Assembly (NCBI RefSeq): GCF_035594765.1
Contig: NW_026943819.1
Location: 17,720,703-17,784,702, forward strand
DNA from: Anolis carolinensis
Taxonomy: Eukaryota
Direction of reading: 5' to 3'
Length of the DNA stretch: 64,000 nt
Shown here: positions 27,901 through 39,745 of the stretch, one piece after another
How positions within the stretch are numbered: the first letter of the stretch is position 1
Layout of the letters: each line of letters begins with the position of its first letter
Program-made: the position numbers and the translations under genes
The notes under the pieces: model-generated
Seen by the model: only the letters and a program-made list of their open reading frames with translations
The model's database searches: none
Told to the model about the DNA's origin: nothing

Positions 27901-30900
27901 AACTCAAGAAACCTTGGAGACACTTTTGTTCATTTTCAATTGATAGGAGAAAAATAAAACACATAGTAACAAGAAAATAAATCTATTAATCCAGGGCTGG
28001 GGCTTCCTCTCACTATCTCCATGGAATGACCCATAACTAGATCATGGATTGTCCGAGTCCCATTAGATTCACACTATCTATATCACCCACATGTAGGCCC
28101 TGTAAATACCTTGGCCAGATTGGTCGATTTCCCCACTCCATTGACACCGCAAAATGTGATGACGTAGGGCCGGCGGTGGCGCTGGGCATCCATCACATCA
28201 CGCAGGACATCCACGCGACGTTGGGGCTGTAGGATTTGCACCAGAGACTCCTGGAGGGCCTGCTTGACCGTTGAAGTCACCGCTGGGAAATTGGAAGCAA
28301 ACTGTGATCAAAGAAGTCAAATCTCTTCCTGCCATTCCAACATTAACAAGTTCTTTGTAGAGAGGCAGCTTTGTCTAAGCAGAGCAAGATGAAACCTCTG
28401 TAGAATAGGATACGTCCTGTTTAGTGAATAGGAAACCTTCTTCCCCTCTAGATAAGGCCTGATCTTCCGAACATCTTCATCCAGTCTTTGGTCCTAATTG
28501 TCACTTTGAAAGACTCGGGGATTTTACTACACTATCATTAACAAGCAGGACACATGACCAGGGTAGATTTTCAGTGATTTTTAGAGCTTCCACTATAAGC
28601 CATCTCAATTCTGGATTAGCATTGCCTTTAGCAGTAGTAGCAGTAGTAGTAGTAATAATAATAATGATGATGATGATGATGATAATAATAATGCGGGGGA
28701 AATTTCTTTGTACTCCAGAACTGTTTTTAGTAAATAAGTAATTTATTTATAGGGTTGTTGTATGTCTTTCGGGCTGTGTGGCCATGTTCCAGAAGCATTC
28801 TCTCCTGACGTTTCGCCCACATCTATGGCAGGCATCCTCAGAGGTTGTGAGGTATGGAGAAAACTAAGCAAAGAGGTTAATATATATCTGTGGAAAGTCT
28901 AGGGTGAGAGAGGTCAGTGTGAATGTGTAGTTAATCACTTAAATTAGCATTGAAAAGCTTATCTGCTGTCTTCTTCCTGCCTCTGGGGCATCCTTTGTTT
29001 AGAGTCGTTAACTGCCCTTGGTTGATTCATGTCTGGAAACCCTCTGTTTTCAGAGTATTGCTTTTTATTTACTGTTCTGATTTTTGAGTTTTGTAATACT
29101 GGTAGCCAGATTTTGTTCATTTTCATGGTTTCTTCCTTTCTGTTGAAGTTGTCCACATGCTTGTGGATTTCAATGGCTTCTCTGTGTAGTCTGACATGAT
29201 AGTTGTTAGAATGGTCCAGCATTTTTGTGTTCTCAAATAGTATTCTGTGTCCAGGCTGGTTCATCAAATGCTCTGCTATGGCTGATTTCTCTGGTTGAAT
29301 TAGTCTGCAGTGCCTTTCATGTTCTTTGACTCTTGTTTGGGCGCTGCGTTTGGTGGTCCCTATGTAGACTTGTCCACAGCTGCATGGTATCCGGTAGACT
29401 CCTGCAGAAGAGAGAGGATCCCTCTTGTCCTTCGCTGACCGTAGCATTTGTTGGATTTTCTTCGTGGGTTTGTAGATAGTTTGTAGGTTGTGCTTCTTCA
29501 TCAGCTTCCCTATGCGGTCAGTAGTTCCCTTGATGTATGGTAAGTACACCTTTCCTCTGGGTGGATCTTTGTCTTGACTCTCATGGCTTGTTCTTGGCCT
29601 TGCAGCTCTTCTGATGTCTGTGGTGGAGTATCCATTGGCCTGTAGAGCCCAGTTTAGGTGGTTGAGTTCACCTTGGAGGAGGTGAGGTTCGCAGATTCTT
29701 TGTGCACGGTCTGTCAGGGCTTTGATTGTGCTCCTTTTTTGACTTGGGTGATGGTTGGAGTTTTTATGAAGGTATCTATCTGTGTGTGTAGGTTTTCTGT
29801 AAACTGTGTGGCCCAATTGTTGATTGGGTTTGCGGATGACCAGAACATCTAGAAATGGCAGTTTTCCTTCCTTTTCTTTTTCCATGGTGAATTGGATGTT
29901 TGGGTGGATGCTGTTAAGATGGTCCAGGAACTTGCTGAGTTCTTCCTCTCCATGGCTCCAAATCGTGAAGGTGTCATCTACGTATCTGAACCAAACAGTT
30001 GGCTTTTTTGGTGCTGTTTCTAGGGCCTGTTTTTCAAAGTATTCCATATAGAAATTTGCTACTACTGGGCTGAGAGGGCTCCCCATGGCCACTCCATCCT
30101 TCTGTTCATAGAATCCAGTGTCCCACTGAAAGTAGCTAGTGGTGAGGCAATGGTGAAACAGGGCTGTGATGTCTTCTGGGAAGTTTTGTTTGATTAGTGT
30201 GAGGGTGTCAGCTACTGGGACTTTGGTAAAAAGGGACACCACATCAAAGCTGATCAGGATGTCCTTGGTGCTTAGATTGAGGTTGCTGATCTTTTCTATA
30301 AAGTGTGTAGAGTCCTTGATATAATGTGCAGTGAGCCCAATGTGGGTTTGTAGCTGTGTAGCCAGAAATTTTGCCAGGTTGTAAGTCGGCGATCCAATGG
30401 CACTTACAATGGGTCTGAGTGGGATGGCGTCCTTGTGGATTTTGGGGAGTCCGTAGAGCCTGGGTGGGAGGGCTTCTGATTTGCACAGCTGTTGGCGTAT
30501 GTCAAAGTTAATGGAGGAGTTCTTGATTAGAGTGTTCGTTTTTCTGGTGATTTTGTTGGTGGGGTCTTGTTTCAGTTTCTTGTAAATTTACTTACCATAC
30601 ATCAAGGGAACTACTGACCGCATAGGGAAGCTGATGAAGAAGCACAACCTACAAACTATCTACAAACCCACGAAGAAAATCCAACAAATGCTACGGTCAG
30701 CGAAGGACAAGAGGGATCCTCTCTCTTCTGCAGGAGTCTACCGGATACCATGCAGCTGTGGACAAGTCTACATAGGGACCACCAAACGCAGCGCCCAAAC
30801 AAGAGTCAAAGAACATGAAAGGCACTGCAGACTAATTCAACCAGAGAAATCAGCCATAGCAGAGCATTTGATGAACCAGCCTGGACACAGAATACTATTT

Positions 30901-33900
30901 GAGAACACAAAAATGCTGGACCATTCTAACAACTATCATGTCAGACTACACAGAGAAGCCATTGAAATCCACAAGCATGTGGACAACTTCAACAGAAAGG
31001 AAGAAACCATGAAAATGAACAAAATCTGGCTACCAGTATTACAAAACTCAAAAATCAGAACAGTAAATAAAAAGCAATACTCTGAAAACAGAGGGTTTCC
31101 AGACATGAATCAACCAAGGGCAGTTAACGACTCTAAACAAAGGATGCCCCAGAGGCAGGAAGAAGACAGCAGATAAGCTTTTCAATGCTAATTTAAGTGA
31201 TTAACTACACATTCACACTGACCTCTCTCACCCTAGACTTTCCACAGATATATATTAACCTCTTTGCTTAGTTTTCTCCATACCTCACAACCTCTGAGGA
31301 TGCCTGCCATAGATGTGGGCGAAACGTCAGGAGAGAATGCTTCTGGAACATGGCCACACAGCCCGAAAGACATACAACAACCCTGTGATCCCGGCCATGA
31401 AAGCCTTCGACAACACAATTTATTTATACTTCAGATCATATGGCATTAAGAGCAGGTTTACAATGTAAGAACACCAAATCAGGAAATCGACTCCCTATAA
31501 CAAATGCCTCTGTGTCGTGCGTATAACAGGAGTATTCCAAGTGTGGCTTTTGGGTCAAGTTCAGTCCCATCCATGTTGTGCATTTCTATGCAAGGGTTCA
31601 GTGCAGTGTGGAATCCATGAGAGTTCTGCACTTATCTCTAAGGGAAGTAACACTGCCAACCTGGAAGTGACTAATCCGGATAGAGGTTCAGGTATTCAAA
31701 ATGAAATGACACTTACTAGTAAAAGTGCCCATCACTTTGCCTTCCAACTTCTTTGCAACGGATTCACACAGTTGAACAGCAATCTCAGCAGCTACATTCT
31801 TAGCTTGGGAAAGAGGAAACAAATCCCAGAACAATGAGTTAAGATTGCAAAGCCCATCATGTATCCATCTGAATAATTATTCTATGTGCACCAATATAAC
31901 TATCATGTTAATTCTAACATCTTATCCATCCTTCAACAAGGACAAATAGTATTTTAACCTCATAAGGACTGGTTTGGCACAGGTAGGGGAAAGGAAGATG
32001 CAAAGGGAGGTGCATTTATTTCAAAACATATATAATCTCATTATTCTGTAACAGGTTTTATGTTGCATAAAGTTCTAGTTTACAAATAAGTATATAACTT
32101 TTAAAAAACCTTATATGTACACATATATATGTACTCAACCATGAAAGCCTACTGGGAAACCTTGACTACGTCACACTTATCAAAAAAAAAAGAAAGAAAG
32201 AAAGAAAGAAATCTTACCAAGAATATCCTAAAGAGACTGTCATAAATTGGAGTGCACTTCAAGGTACATAACTTCAACAACAATAAAAGCCAGAACCAGC
32301 CTCAGTATGTATTTTTAGATAACTGATTAGCTAGAATATTACAGGGCATCCTGTGTTCCAAAAATAGGATAAGCAATTTCAAAGCTATTTCAAACAAGCT
32401 ATTAGGCACAATGTCAATCTTGCTGCTAGGCATAATCTACTATCTGCCCTTTTTATATTCCTCCAAAAACTTAGGAACTACGCTCACTAGAGGGTTTTCC
32501 CCTTGACCCTTTTTCATAAACTGTTAGAATCAATGGGAAACTCTTAGGATCAATTGCCACCCTATAAGGCCCCAGGACTAGCCAACATAAATCCTTACCA
32601 ATCAGGTGATCCTTCATCTTTTCCAGTACTGGGTCCATGTCCTCTTTGGCCAAGCTTTTAGAGCCCACGAGGCCCTTTAGCATCCCAAACATGCCCCCAA
32701 GACCACCTTTCTTGGCACTAGAAACAGGAAAAGACGGGTAGGTAGCACATTTTTTTCTGCACAGAACACCACATGCGTGTTTTAACAGAACAAGACCTGA
32801 ATTTCAAAGCATCTCTCATTAGTCCAAGATTCTTCTTGTTAGTTTCTTAACACTTAAAACCCATTTTTTAAACAATTTTCCAAATGTGCTTTCCAGCCCT
32901 ACACAAAGCATGAATCATTTTCTGCTTGTATACCTATACCTAACACAATACAACTGCTGAATGGCAAACAAAGAGGAGGGACTCAATACACTCCTTCCAT
33001 GGTTGCTGCTCCCTGACAACAAAACATGAGTCCTGGAAAATATAACTACTAATTTCTTTCTCACAAAAAGCAACTTACGCACAGGGATACAGAATGGAAG
33101 CTTCACCTTGTGCTTGAGGAGCTTTGAACCACCTTCTCTTCTTCCATCTCCTCTTCACTCTCACATTCAATTTCACGAAGAAGACCAGGCTCATGGTTGC
33201 GATCCCTGACAAGCTGAATTGGATAACAAGAAGACCAAGAAGCAGCACAAGTTACAGTCAGCTTCTTTATCATGAAAACAGTAAACAGTGTTGGGACATT
33301 TAAGAATGATGCCTTCATCAGGGAGCTTTCATGTGCTCCAGCCCACTTCATTCAACACCTGAGATATTATTCCCAGATCTACCCACACAAAGAAGGAAAA
33401 TAATGCCAAGTGTTATGAATACTTTACCATTTCTGCATCAAAATCCTCCATGGGGCAAGTGTCTGCATTTCCATTGGAAGTAGAGTTGCTATAATCAAGT
33501 ACTTTGGCATTTGAGTTCCCCAGATCCCATACTCTGGGTTTCTTCCCCTTATCCTTCTGAGCATCTGGCTTTGGGGACTTGCTAAGGAAGACAGAAGAGA
33601 AACTCCATTAAAACTCAGCTGCCGCGGGAAATAGCAGAAGTCATTTGTAGTGGTCAACCTGAAACTTTGCCGAGGCAAAGTTAACCACACAAATTTATGT
33701 TCTGGATTTTCATTTCCTTATCTTATCAACCCAATTATAAGATAGCTGAGCACCCTGGGCCTTCAAAGTCCTCCCCTCACGCTACAAATGCAGTGAGAAC
33801 CCAGCTATGTTTGAATCCATAACACTGCATTAAGGTTGGATCATAAGGAAAATTAAAATGTATCTACAGAGATGCAACCCCTTAGGCTCAGTATCTCTGG

Positions 33901-36900
33901 GTGGAAAGGCAAAGGTGCACCAACTCACCGTTACTGGCCTCACTTACTTAGACTTCTCTCCCACTTTCATGCGCTTCCTGAAGAATTCCTCTCGGTTCCT
34001 CTGCAGAATCTCATCCTTAGTCAGTTCCTCTCTGTCCCCTGCTGCAGCAGCAGGCTCCTGCTTGACACTGGGGACTGTTTTGGGGGTTGCAACTGCTTCA
34101 CCTCCAGGAGCTGGGGGGGAAAACAGCATGGCAGGTTTTTTTCCAGCTACAATTTTTGCTCAAAATTAGCAGAGTAGACCTTTGGCAAGTGGGATCAACG
34201 CCATTTTTGGTATCCTGATTAAAGGGCAGGAAATGAAGGGGGAAGGAAATGGCAGAAAAAGTGAGAATAAAGATGCATAATCCATTTACAGACATGCACT
34301 CTACAGTCCCATTGCAAACAACTGGGAATATTAAGGATGAGCCACTGGGAATACCTATGTGATCCCACATACATCACCAATTAGCTGCAACATTGACTCA
34401 CCTTCTTTTTTGGAACCTTTGTTTTTCTTATTCTTAGTTTTTTCTTTTGGTTTCTCTCCTCGATTTTCTATCATAGATTTCACTGTTTTTTGGGACTTTG
34501 CTGACTGTTCAAAAGTCTTCATGGCAGTGGGAGCTCGGACTTTACTGCTCTCCTCTGCATCCCTGGTTGCAAAGAAGAATACATTTCATAGGTTTGCTCC
34601 TTTATCACAATACCAAACATTCTTTTCTCCATGTAATTTGCTTCTGTTGCTTTCTTCAACTGCTCACTTTCAGATACTGCCTGGCATGTTGTTAATGACA
34701 TAAACAGGTGTACAGTGTTCCCTCACTACTTCGTGGTTCACTTTTCGCGGTTTTTCAATAAACTCTAAAAGACTATTATAAATCATAAAAAATTACAATT
34801 TACAGCCTAAGGAAGGGAGGAAGGAGAAGCCAAAGGGAGAGAAAAGGAGCCCAAGCAGCAACGGGAGGAGAAGGAGGTGATTTATCCACACACGATTGGT
34901 TGATAAAGACTCAAACTAGTGTATACCTACTAAAATAATGTATAAATATTAAAATAAATATAGATTTCGCGGATTTTCACTTATTGCGGGTGATCCTGGA
35001 ACCAAACCCCAGCAATAAGTGAGGGAACACTGTAATGAAAAATTAAATCTGCTGCTTTCCTTTAGCAGCCACTGCTGATGGAGATTTCTAGCATTTCCTC
35101 CTGCTCCTTCATGATTATTTAGTAAACAAAAAACAAGCCACAGTTTATTGTTATGCAAATGTGTTAAAGCAAGCTTTGAGCAAGTCTTTCCATGAGAGAG
35201 GAAGATTTTTAATTTATACCTGAAAATAAACTACAATTCCCCATTTCATTCACAACACAGCAAATTGCAGTTAGTAAAAAAAATGACAGAGCAGAATATA
35301 AAAACTCATTTATCCTAATCTGACAATCTTGTTTCTTAACAATTCTGTACACAAAACAATGTTTCTAATTGGTGCAATTAGGAACTGCCATTCATTCTTC
35401 ATGGCAAATAGAAATTTTAAATTTGGACCCTAGAGATAAGGTAACAACCCAAGGCTTCACATAACCCATTTGTATAACATTTTGTTTACTGATAAACCTG
35501 AATATGAAAAAGACAGCTTTACATTGGCAAGGAGACTTATTCTAGGAAGGTCGCTGTGAAGTCTTGACTCTGCCTTTCCTCTCCTTTGCTTCGGTTCTCT
35601 CTGTTTAGGTTCCCCAATAGTGTAGATTCCTCCAATTGTATTAGTTTTGGGGTGGAGCTTTAAAACACCCCTAGAGGCCAGTCTCAGTTGGTTCAGTCCA
35701 TTTGCTTCACAGAGTCTTTTTGCGAGGCCTTCCTTTTTTCTGTATTAGAGCTACAGAGTTTGAGGCCTGGATATTGTCTGAAATTTTAGGCCCCAACAAT
35801 TCAAACAGGCATTCTTAGCATGTACAGTACAAACTGCATATACCACCAGTCCCAGTGACACCAGAAGCTTGTGGCCAGCCCAAGTTTCACAAAGAGGAGA
35901 CCATATTCTTTGCATCAGAGACTTCCAGAGTCCCAAAAAGATGACAGCATTTAACACATTCTCCATTTGTAACATATTGTTTAGGGTTATCTTTCCATAG
36001 ACCTGGGTAGAGTTAGCCCTTTGATCTTTCTGTTTCCAGTAAACTTGTTTTGGTTAACTTTCATCCTGCCTAAAGTGCCTCTATGTTAAGGGACCTGATC
36101 TCAACAGAAGGTATACAGATAGCCCCTGAGTAAAGCCAGACACCATAGCTCTCCCAAAGGCTTGGGCATGCCATCAGTCACACCTCTTGAATATGGCCCA
36201 GAGAACTGAACACCGATAAAAATTCACTTGAAAAACACCCAGTTTGTTTTTATAAAAAAGATTTAGTTTTCAACAGATTGTTTCCCAGCATACACCGAGA
36301 TTTGCCTTCTCTAGCTATAAATACTGGGTATTTTCCCCCTAAAGGAAGAAACTGCCCACATGGGAGCATACTGTACTTAAAAAGACTCCACCATAGAAAA
36401 GCCTAGGGATTGTAACAAACATTGCTAAAGCCAGCAGAGAGTTATAAGTGTGCATACTGCAAAACAGTAATCATGATCAGATCCATCCAAAATTTTCAGG
36501 ATGCAGTAAATCAAACTTCGCTATAGTTGGGAAACCAATGCTTACTAAGCTTAATTAATTAGTTTCCTCCAAACTCATAAGAAATATGTAGCTTCACTAA
36601 TGAAATGATTTTCCTGTTACCGTAGGAGATGTAAAAAATCTTCTTTAAAATCAAAGGTGCCATTGAGAATCCCAAGAGTTCCCTTCTGTTGGAACTCATT
36701 TCGATATTTGTCTCGGAACTCCTTATGGACATCATCTATTAACTTATCCACGTAAGTTAGAGTCAGGATTTTCTGAAACCCAACCTACAAGAAGAACAGA
36801 TATTGTTACAAAGAGAATCACAAATCACAGATTGATAACGGTCACAAATAATAACCATTTCTAGTTCAGAAATTGACACCTCAAGCACACAATCCACTCT

Positions 36901-38599
36901 TTCCAGGTTCATTTTTCCACATCTCCATTAATAAATAAGGAAATGTTTCCTGCCATATCAAGATCTAATTTCAGTGAAATTGAACCAACAAGGATTCATA
37001 AACCAACAAAGCTTGGTTTAAATCTACTTTATAAACCTGGCTTGTTTGGATGCACTTAACAATAATCGCACAATCTTCCATCTTTGTTTATCCACTCATG
37101 TGGACAGAAGGTTACAAAAACCCAATTGCAATGTATTTAACCAAGACAGTTTTTTTAATTTATTGCTACATCCAAAGGTATTAAATTAGTAAAGAAGCCA
37201 GATCTTGATCAAAGCCTAGTTGTGTTTCTAAATAGGTAAATGATCCAAATACAAAATGTATTATGACAAAGTCTGGTGCAAAGATGACAAAGACGGTCAA
37301 TTATGTAGAATGTACTCCAAATCACAGGAAACAAAAAGAACATTCTGGAACCTTTAATAACAATACATCCATGATTAAAGGAAAGATCTTTATCCCAGTG
37401 ATGTTTATTTTCTTGCAGTATTTTGAAAATGAGCTTTTTTTTCTAACAGCTTTAAGTATACAAGAGTTCACTTACTACAAAGACAAGCTCAAATTGATTG
37501 TCCAGCTTGTACTTCAGCGTAAGGGCTTCATGGGTGAAAGAATTATTGCCACCTCGCTCCTGAGAAGAGAAGAAATATATTCATAAGGATTAAAACTCCC
37601 TTTTGAGTTTTAGAAAGAAAGTGAAGACCTGGCTATGCGAGCAAGCGTTCAAAGAATAAGTTTCGTTGGTTTCGACGCGGTCTGGACTAAGGTTTATGTA
37701 CAAGGTTTTGTGGATGAATGGCTCAAGTATTTTGTATTATTTTAAATCTGTTTTTAATTGCTTAAGTTTTATTCTTTTGTATTGTTGTATATTGGCATCG
37801 TATTCTGCCAGTTTTGTAAGCCGCCCTGAGTCCCTTCGGGTGAGAAGGGCGGGATAGAAGTGATGAAATAAATAAATAAATAAATATAAATAAATATAAA
37901 GGTCAATTCTCACATTGCAGGAGCTATAGAGATTAAGCTTCAACTTTCCTCCCAGTTCAGTAGAACCAGTGCTAATTCTTTGGGCTAAAAAAATATTTCA
38001 AAGTTGACAAAGCAGTGGCCAGTCTTTAGGTGCCAATTTTTTTCCAGACCTGTTTGCAAGCATTTAATGCTACTGTCAAGTGTTCTGCTGCAATTCAATC
38101 TATATAAACTTTGACCTCAATAATTTTTCTTAAATATATTTTCCTCCTTTCTCCTGAAAGTGGGACTTGTGGCACCTTGCAACAAAGTAGAGATATAAAC
38201 ACATACATATATTAATACATGGTTGAATTTAAATCAATTAAAGCACAACAAGGAAAGTATAGCAGAGATTCATCAAAAGATTATAAGATTTCAGGCATTT
38301 TGATGTCCGACCAAATAACCGAGATGTTATTGCAGGCTACAATTAAGAACATTTAGCTTAAGCGGCTGAGGGGGGAAAGGAAAGGGCCCCAGGCTGTTAG
38401 GAATGGTGGGACTTGGGAGTCCAAAACACCTGGAGGCAGGGCCCAAGTCTGCTCCAAAGCGTGAAGGCCTCACCTGGAGGAGGACGGAGCGGATGAGCGC
38501 GTTCACGGGGGCGGTGCAGGCCGCCGCGGGGCCGCGCACGCCCTGGAAGCACCACAGCACCAGGCCCCCTTTGCTGAAGATGGTGAAGAAGTCCAGCAT
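24908..38599 (-). CDS. SRPRA: Signal recognition particle receptor subunit alpha, 14 coding exons, ~647 aa
   Basis: Exons (minus) 38599-38474, 37559-37476, 36784-36621, 34562-34402, 34110-33948, 33581-33428, 33213-33107, 32717-32599, 31803-31717, 28282-28110, 27395-27182, 26582-26419, 25331-25233, 25036-24908, all GT-AG and in phase (1944 nt). N-terminus [20 protein letters not shown] (longin/SRX); GTPase motifs [18 protein letters not shown]; C-terminus ...VVAALMKA*. Confidence 0.97.
25403..25840 (-). mobile_element. L2-type LINE 3' fragment with (TAA)n tail
   Basis: CCGCCCCGAGTCCC...GGCGGGGTACAAAAATAAA stem-loop tail on minus strand; related tails at ~1530-1700, ~9060-9330, ~37630-37895, ~43978-44350. 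Confidence 0.65.
25862..25997. mobile_element. ~135-bp hAT-type hairpin MITE
   Basis: 8-bp TSD ATCTAAAG; inverted termini. Confidence 0.7.
28804..28844 (-). ncRNA. Minimal type I hammerhead ribozyme motif (sense to SRPRA pre-mRNA)
   Basis: Exact reverse complement of 31291-31331. Confidence 0.8.
28959..30584 (-). CDS. Penelope-like reverse transcriptase + GIY-YIG endonuclease ORF (5'-truncated, otherwise open, ~541 aa)
   Basis: The frame stays open upstream of the listed 427-aa ORF (YKKLKQDPT...[25 protein letters not shown]); [25 protein letters not shown]; [23 protein letters not shown] motif. Confidence 0.9.
   Translation of the reverse strand, partial: YKKLKQDPTNKITRKTNTLIKNSSINFDIRQQLCKSEALPPRLYGLPKIHKDAIPLRPIVSAIGSPTYNLAKFLATQLQTHIGLTAHYIKDSTHFIEKISNLNLSTKDILISFDVVSLFTKVPVADTLTLIKQNFPEDITALFHHCLTTSYFQWDTGFYEQKDGVAMGSPLSPVVANFYMEYFEKQALETAPKKPTVWFRYVDDTFTIWSHGEEELSKFLDHLNSIHPNIQFTMEKEKEGKLPFLDVLVIRKPNQQLGHTVYRKPTHTDRYLHKNSNHHPSQKRSTIKALTDRAQRICEPHLLQGELNHLNWALQANGYSTTDIRRAARPRTSHESQDKDPPRGKVYLPYIKGTTDRIGKLMKKHNLQTIYKPTKKIQQMLRSAKDKRDPLSSAGVYRIPCSCGQVYIGTTKRSAQTRVKEHERHCRLIQPEKSAIAEHLMNQPGHRILFENTKMLDHSNNYHVRLHREAIEIHKHVDNFNRKEETMKMNKIWLPVLQNSKIRTVNKKQYSENRGFPDMNQPRAVNDSKQRMPQRQEEDSR
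31291..31331 (+). ncRNA. Minimal type I hammerhead ribozyme motif (Penelope pLTR)
   Basis: CCT-CTGAGGA-[TGCCTGC CATAGA TGTGGGC stem II]-GAAA-CG-TC-AGG: intact CUGANGA and GAAA cores, GUC cleavage triplet, palindromic ACGT mini stem III. Confidence 0.8.
34713..35032. mobile_element. Second Tigger-like MITE family
   Basis: TIR CAGTGTTCCCTCACT...AGTGAGGGAACACTG, TA TSD. Confidence 0.8.
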
Positions 38600-39745
38600 G
38601 GTGGCGGAGGAGAGAGGGGCTCCGGGCCCCGCGGGAAAGGGCGAGAGCAGGCCGAGGCGCCGGGGAACCAGCCCGACTGCCTGACCCACGTCAGGTTAGG
38701 TCCTAAACTCGGCCTCACTTCCGCCGGAAGCGGCTTCCCTTTTTCAGTGGGCGGGGCTACGTCGAGCAGCGACATCCCGATTGGACCGGACACTTCAAAG
38801 GGCGGGGCGAGGTTGAGAAGAGAGAGCTCTGATTGGGCCTTGGACGTCCTGAGGAGAGAGAACGCGAAGTGGGTTTAGTGCTGACGTAAACACAGGCGGC
38901 ATAGCCACGTCAGAGGAGCCTCTAGTTCGTCTCACTTCCGCCGGAAACCAGGTTGAGTTTCCTTAGATATCAGGAACGATTTGTCGCTTAACTAATGGAC
39001 TTCATCTCCCAGAATCCCTTGTCATTGGCCAAGGCAGCTGAGGCTCCTGGGAATTGATGTCCAAATGCCTGTAAGACTAGAATTTGCGGGAGGAGTAATA
39101 CAGTAGAGTCTAACTTATCCAACGCATTTTTGTAGTCAATGTTTTCAATACATCATGATATTTTGGTGCTAAATTCGTAAATACAGTAATTACTACATAG
39201 CATTACTGCGTATTGAACTACTTTTTCTGTCAAATTTGTTGTATAACATGATGTTTTGGTGCTTAATTTGTAAAATCATAACCTAATTTGATGTTTAATA
39301 GGCTTTTCCTTAATCCCTCCTTATTATCCAACATATTCGCTTATCCAACGTTCTGCCGGCCCGTTTATGTTGGATAAGTGAGACTCTACTGTAATAGAAA
39401 GGCTTGAAAGTGGCAGTGCCCACCGCGCGTGCGCAGAGAGATAGAAGTTCAGTGAAGGGGAGGGAGGGCTACGCTCATTGGCTGTCTCCCCAAAGCATTG
39501 CGATATGATTGGAATTTTATTTCAGGGCTTACGGCGACGCTGATTGGTCCTCCGATAAGGCGCGTGCCGGAAAACGCGATGCCGGATTGGTCAACGGGAT
39601 TGAGAGCGGACCCGTCCAATGAAAACGCGGCAAGGATAGAGGGGAGGTCTCGAGGAGGATAAAATGGCCGCCCCGCGAGAGGGTGTGTATCTTCTGTCCG
39701 CGCGTGCGCTGTGTGGCTCGAGCCCGGGAAGAGGAAAGAGGCGGC
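38600..39745. promoter_or_regulatory. Divergent SRPRA/FOXRED1 promoter region (CpG-rich, split by a MITE)
   Basis: Head-to-head ATGs at 38599 (-) and 39746 (+). SRPRA side: CCACGTCA (UPRE/CRE-like) at 38686 and 38905, CTTCCGCCGGAA ETS pairs at ~38718 and ~38935, GC boxes, ATTGG. FOXRED1 side: NRF1-like GCGCGTGCGC at 39425 and 39700, several ATTGG/CCAAT boxes, YY1-like AAAATGGC at 39661. Confidence 0.8.
39101..39391. mobile_element. Tigger/pogo-like MITE in the SRPRA/FOXRED1 intergenic promoter
   Basis: Same TIRs, TA TSD, opposite orientation. Confidence 0.88.

Larger units (their letters stand above)
28752..31416. mobile_element. Young Penelope-like (Poseidon-type) retroelement with inverted pseudo-LTR arrangement
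   Basis: Minus arm 30584 to 28751 (5'-truncated ORF plus 3' region), plus arm 30589-31416; inverted repeat 28751-29546 / 30589-31384; TSD AATTTATTTATA at 28740-28751 and 31417-31428. Confidence 0.93.

Noticed and set aside
30634-31176. 180-aa stand-alone GIY-YIG endonuclease gene
   Set aside because: It is the inverted duplicate of the 3' part of the adjacent Penelope ORF, inside the same TSD.
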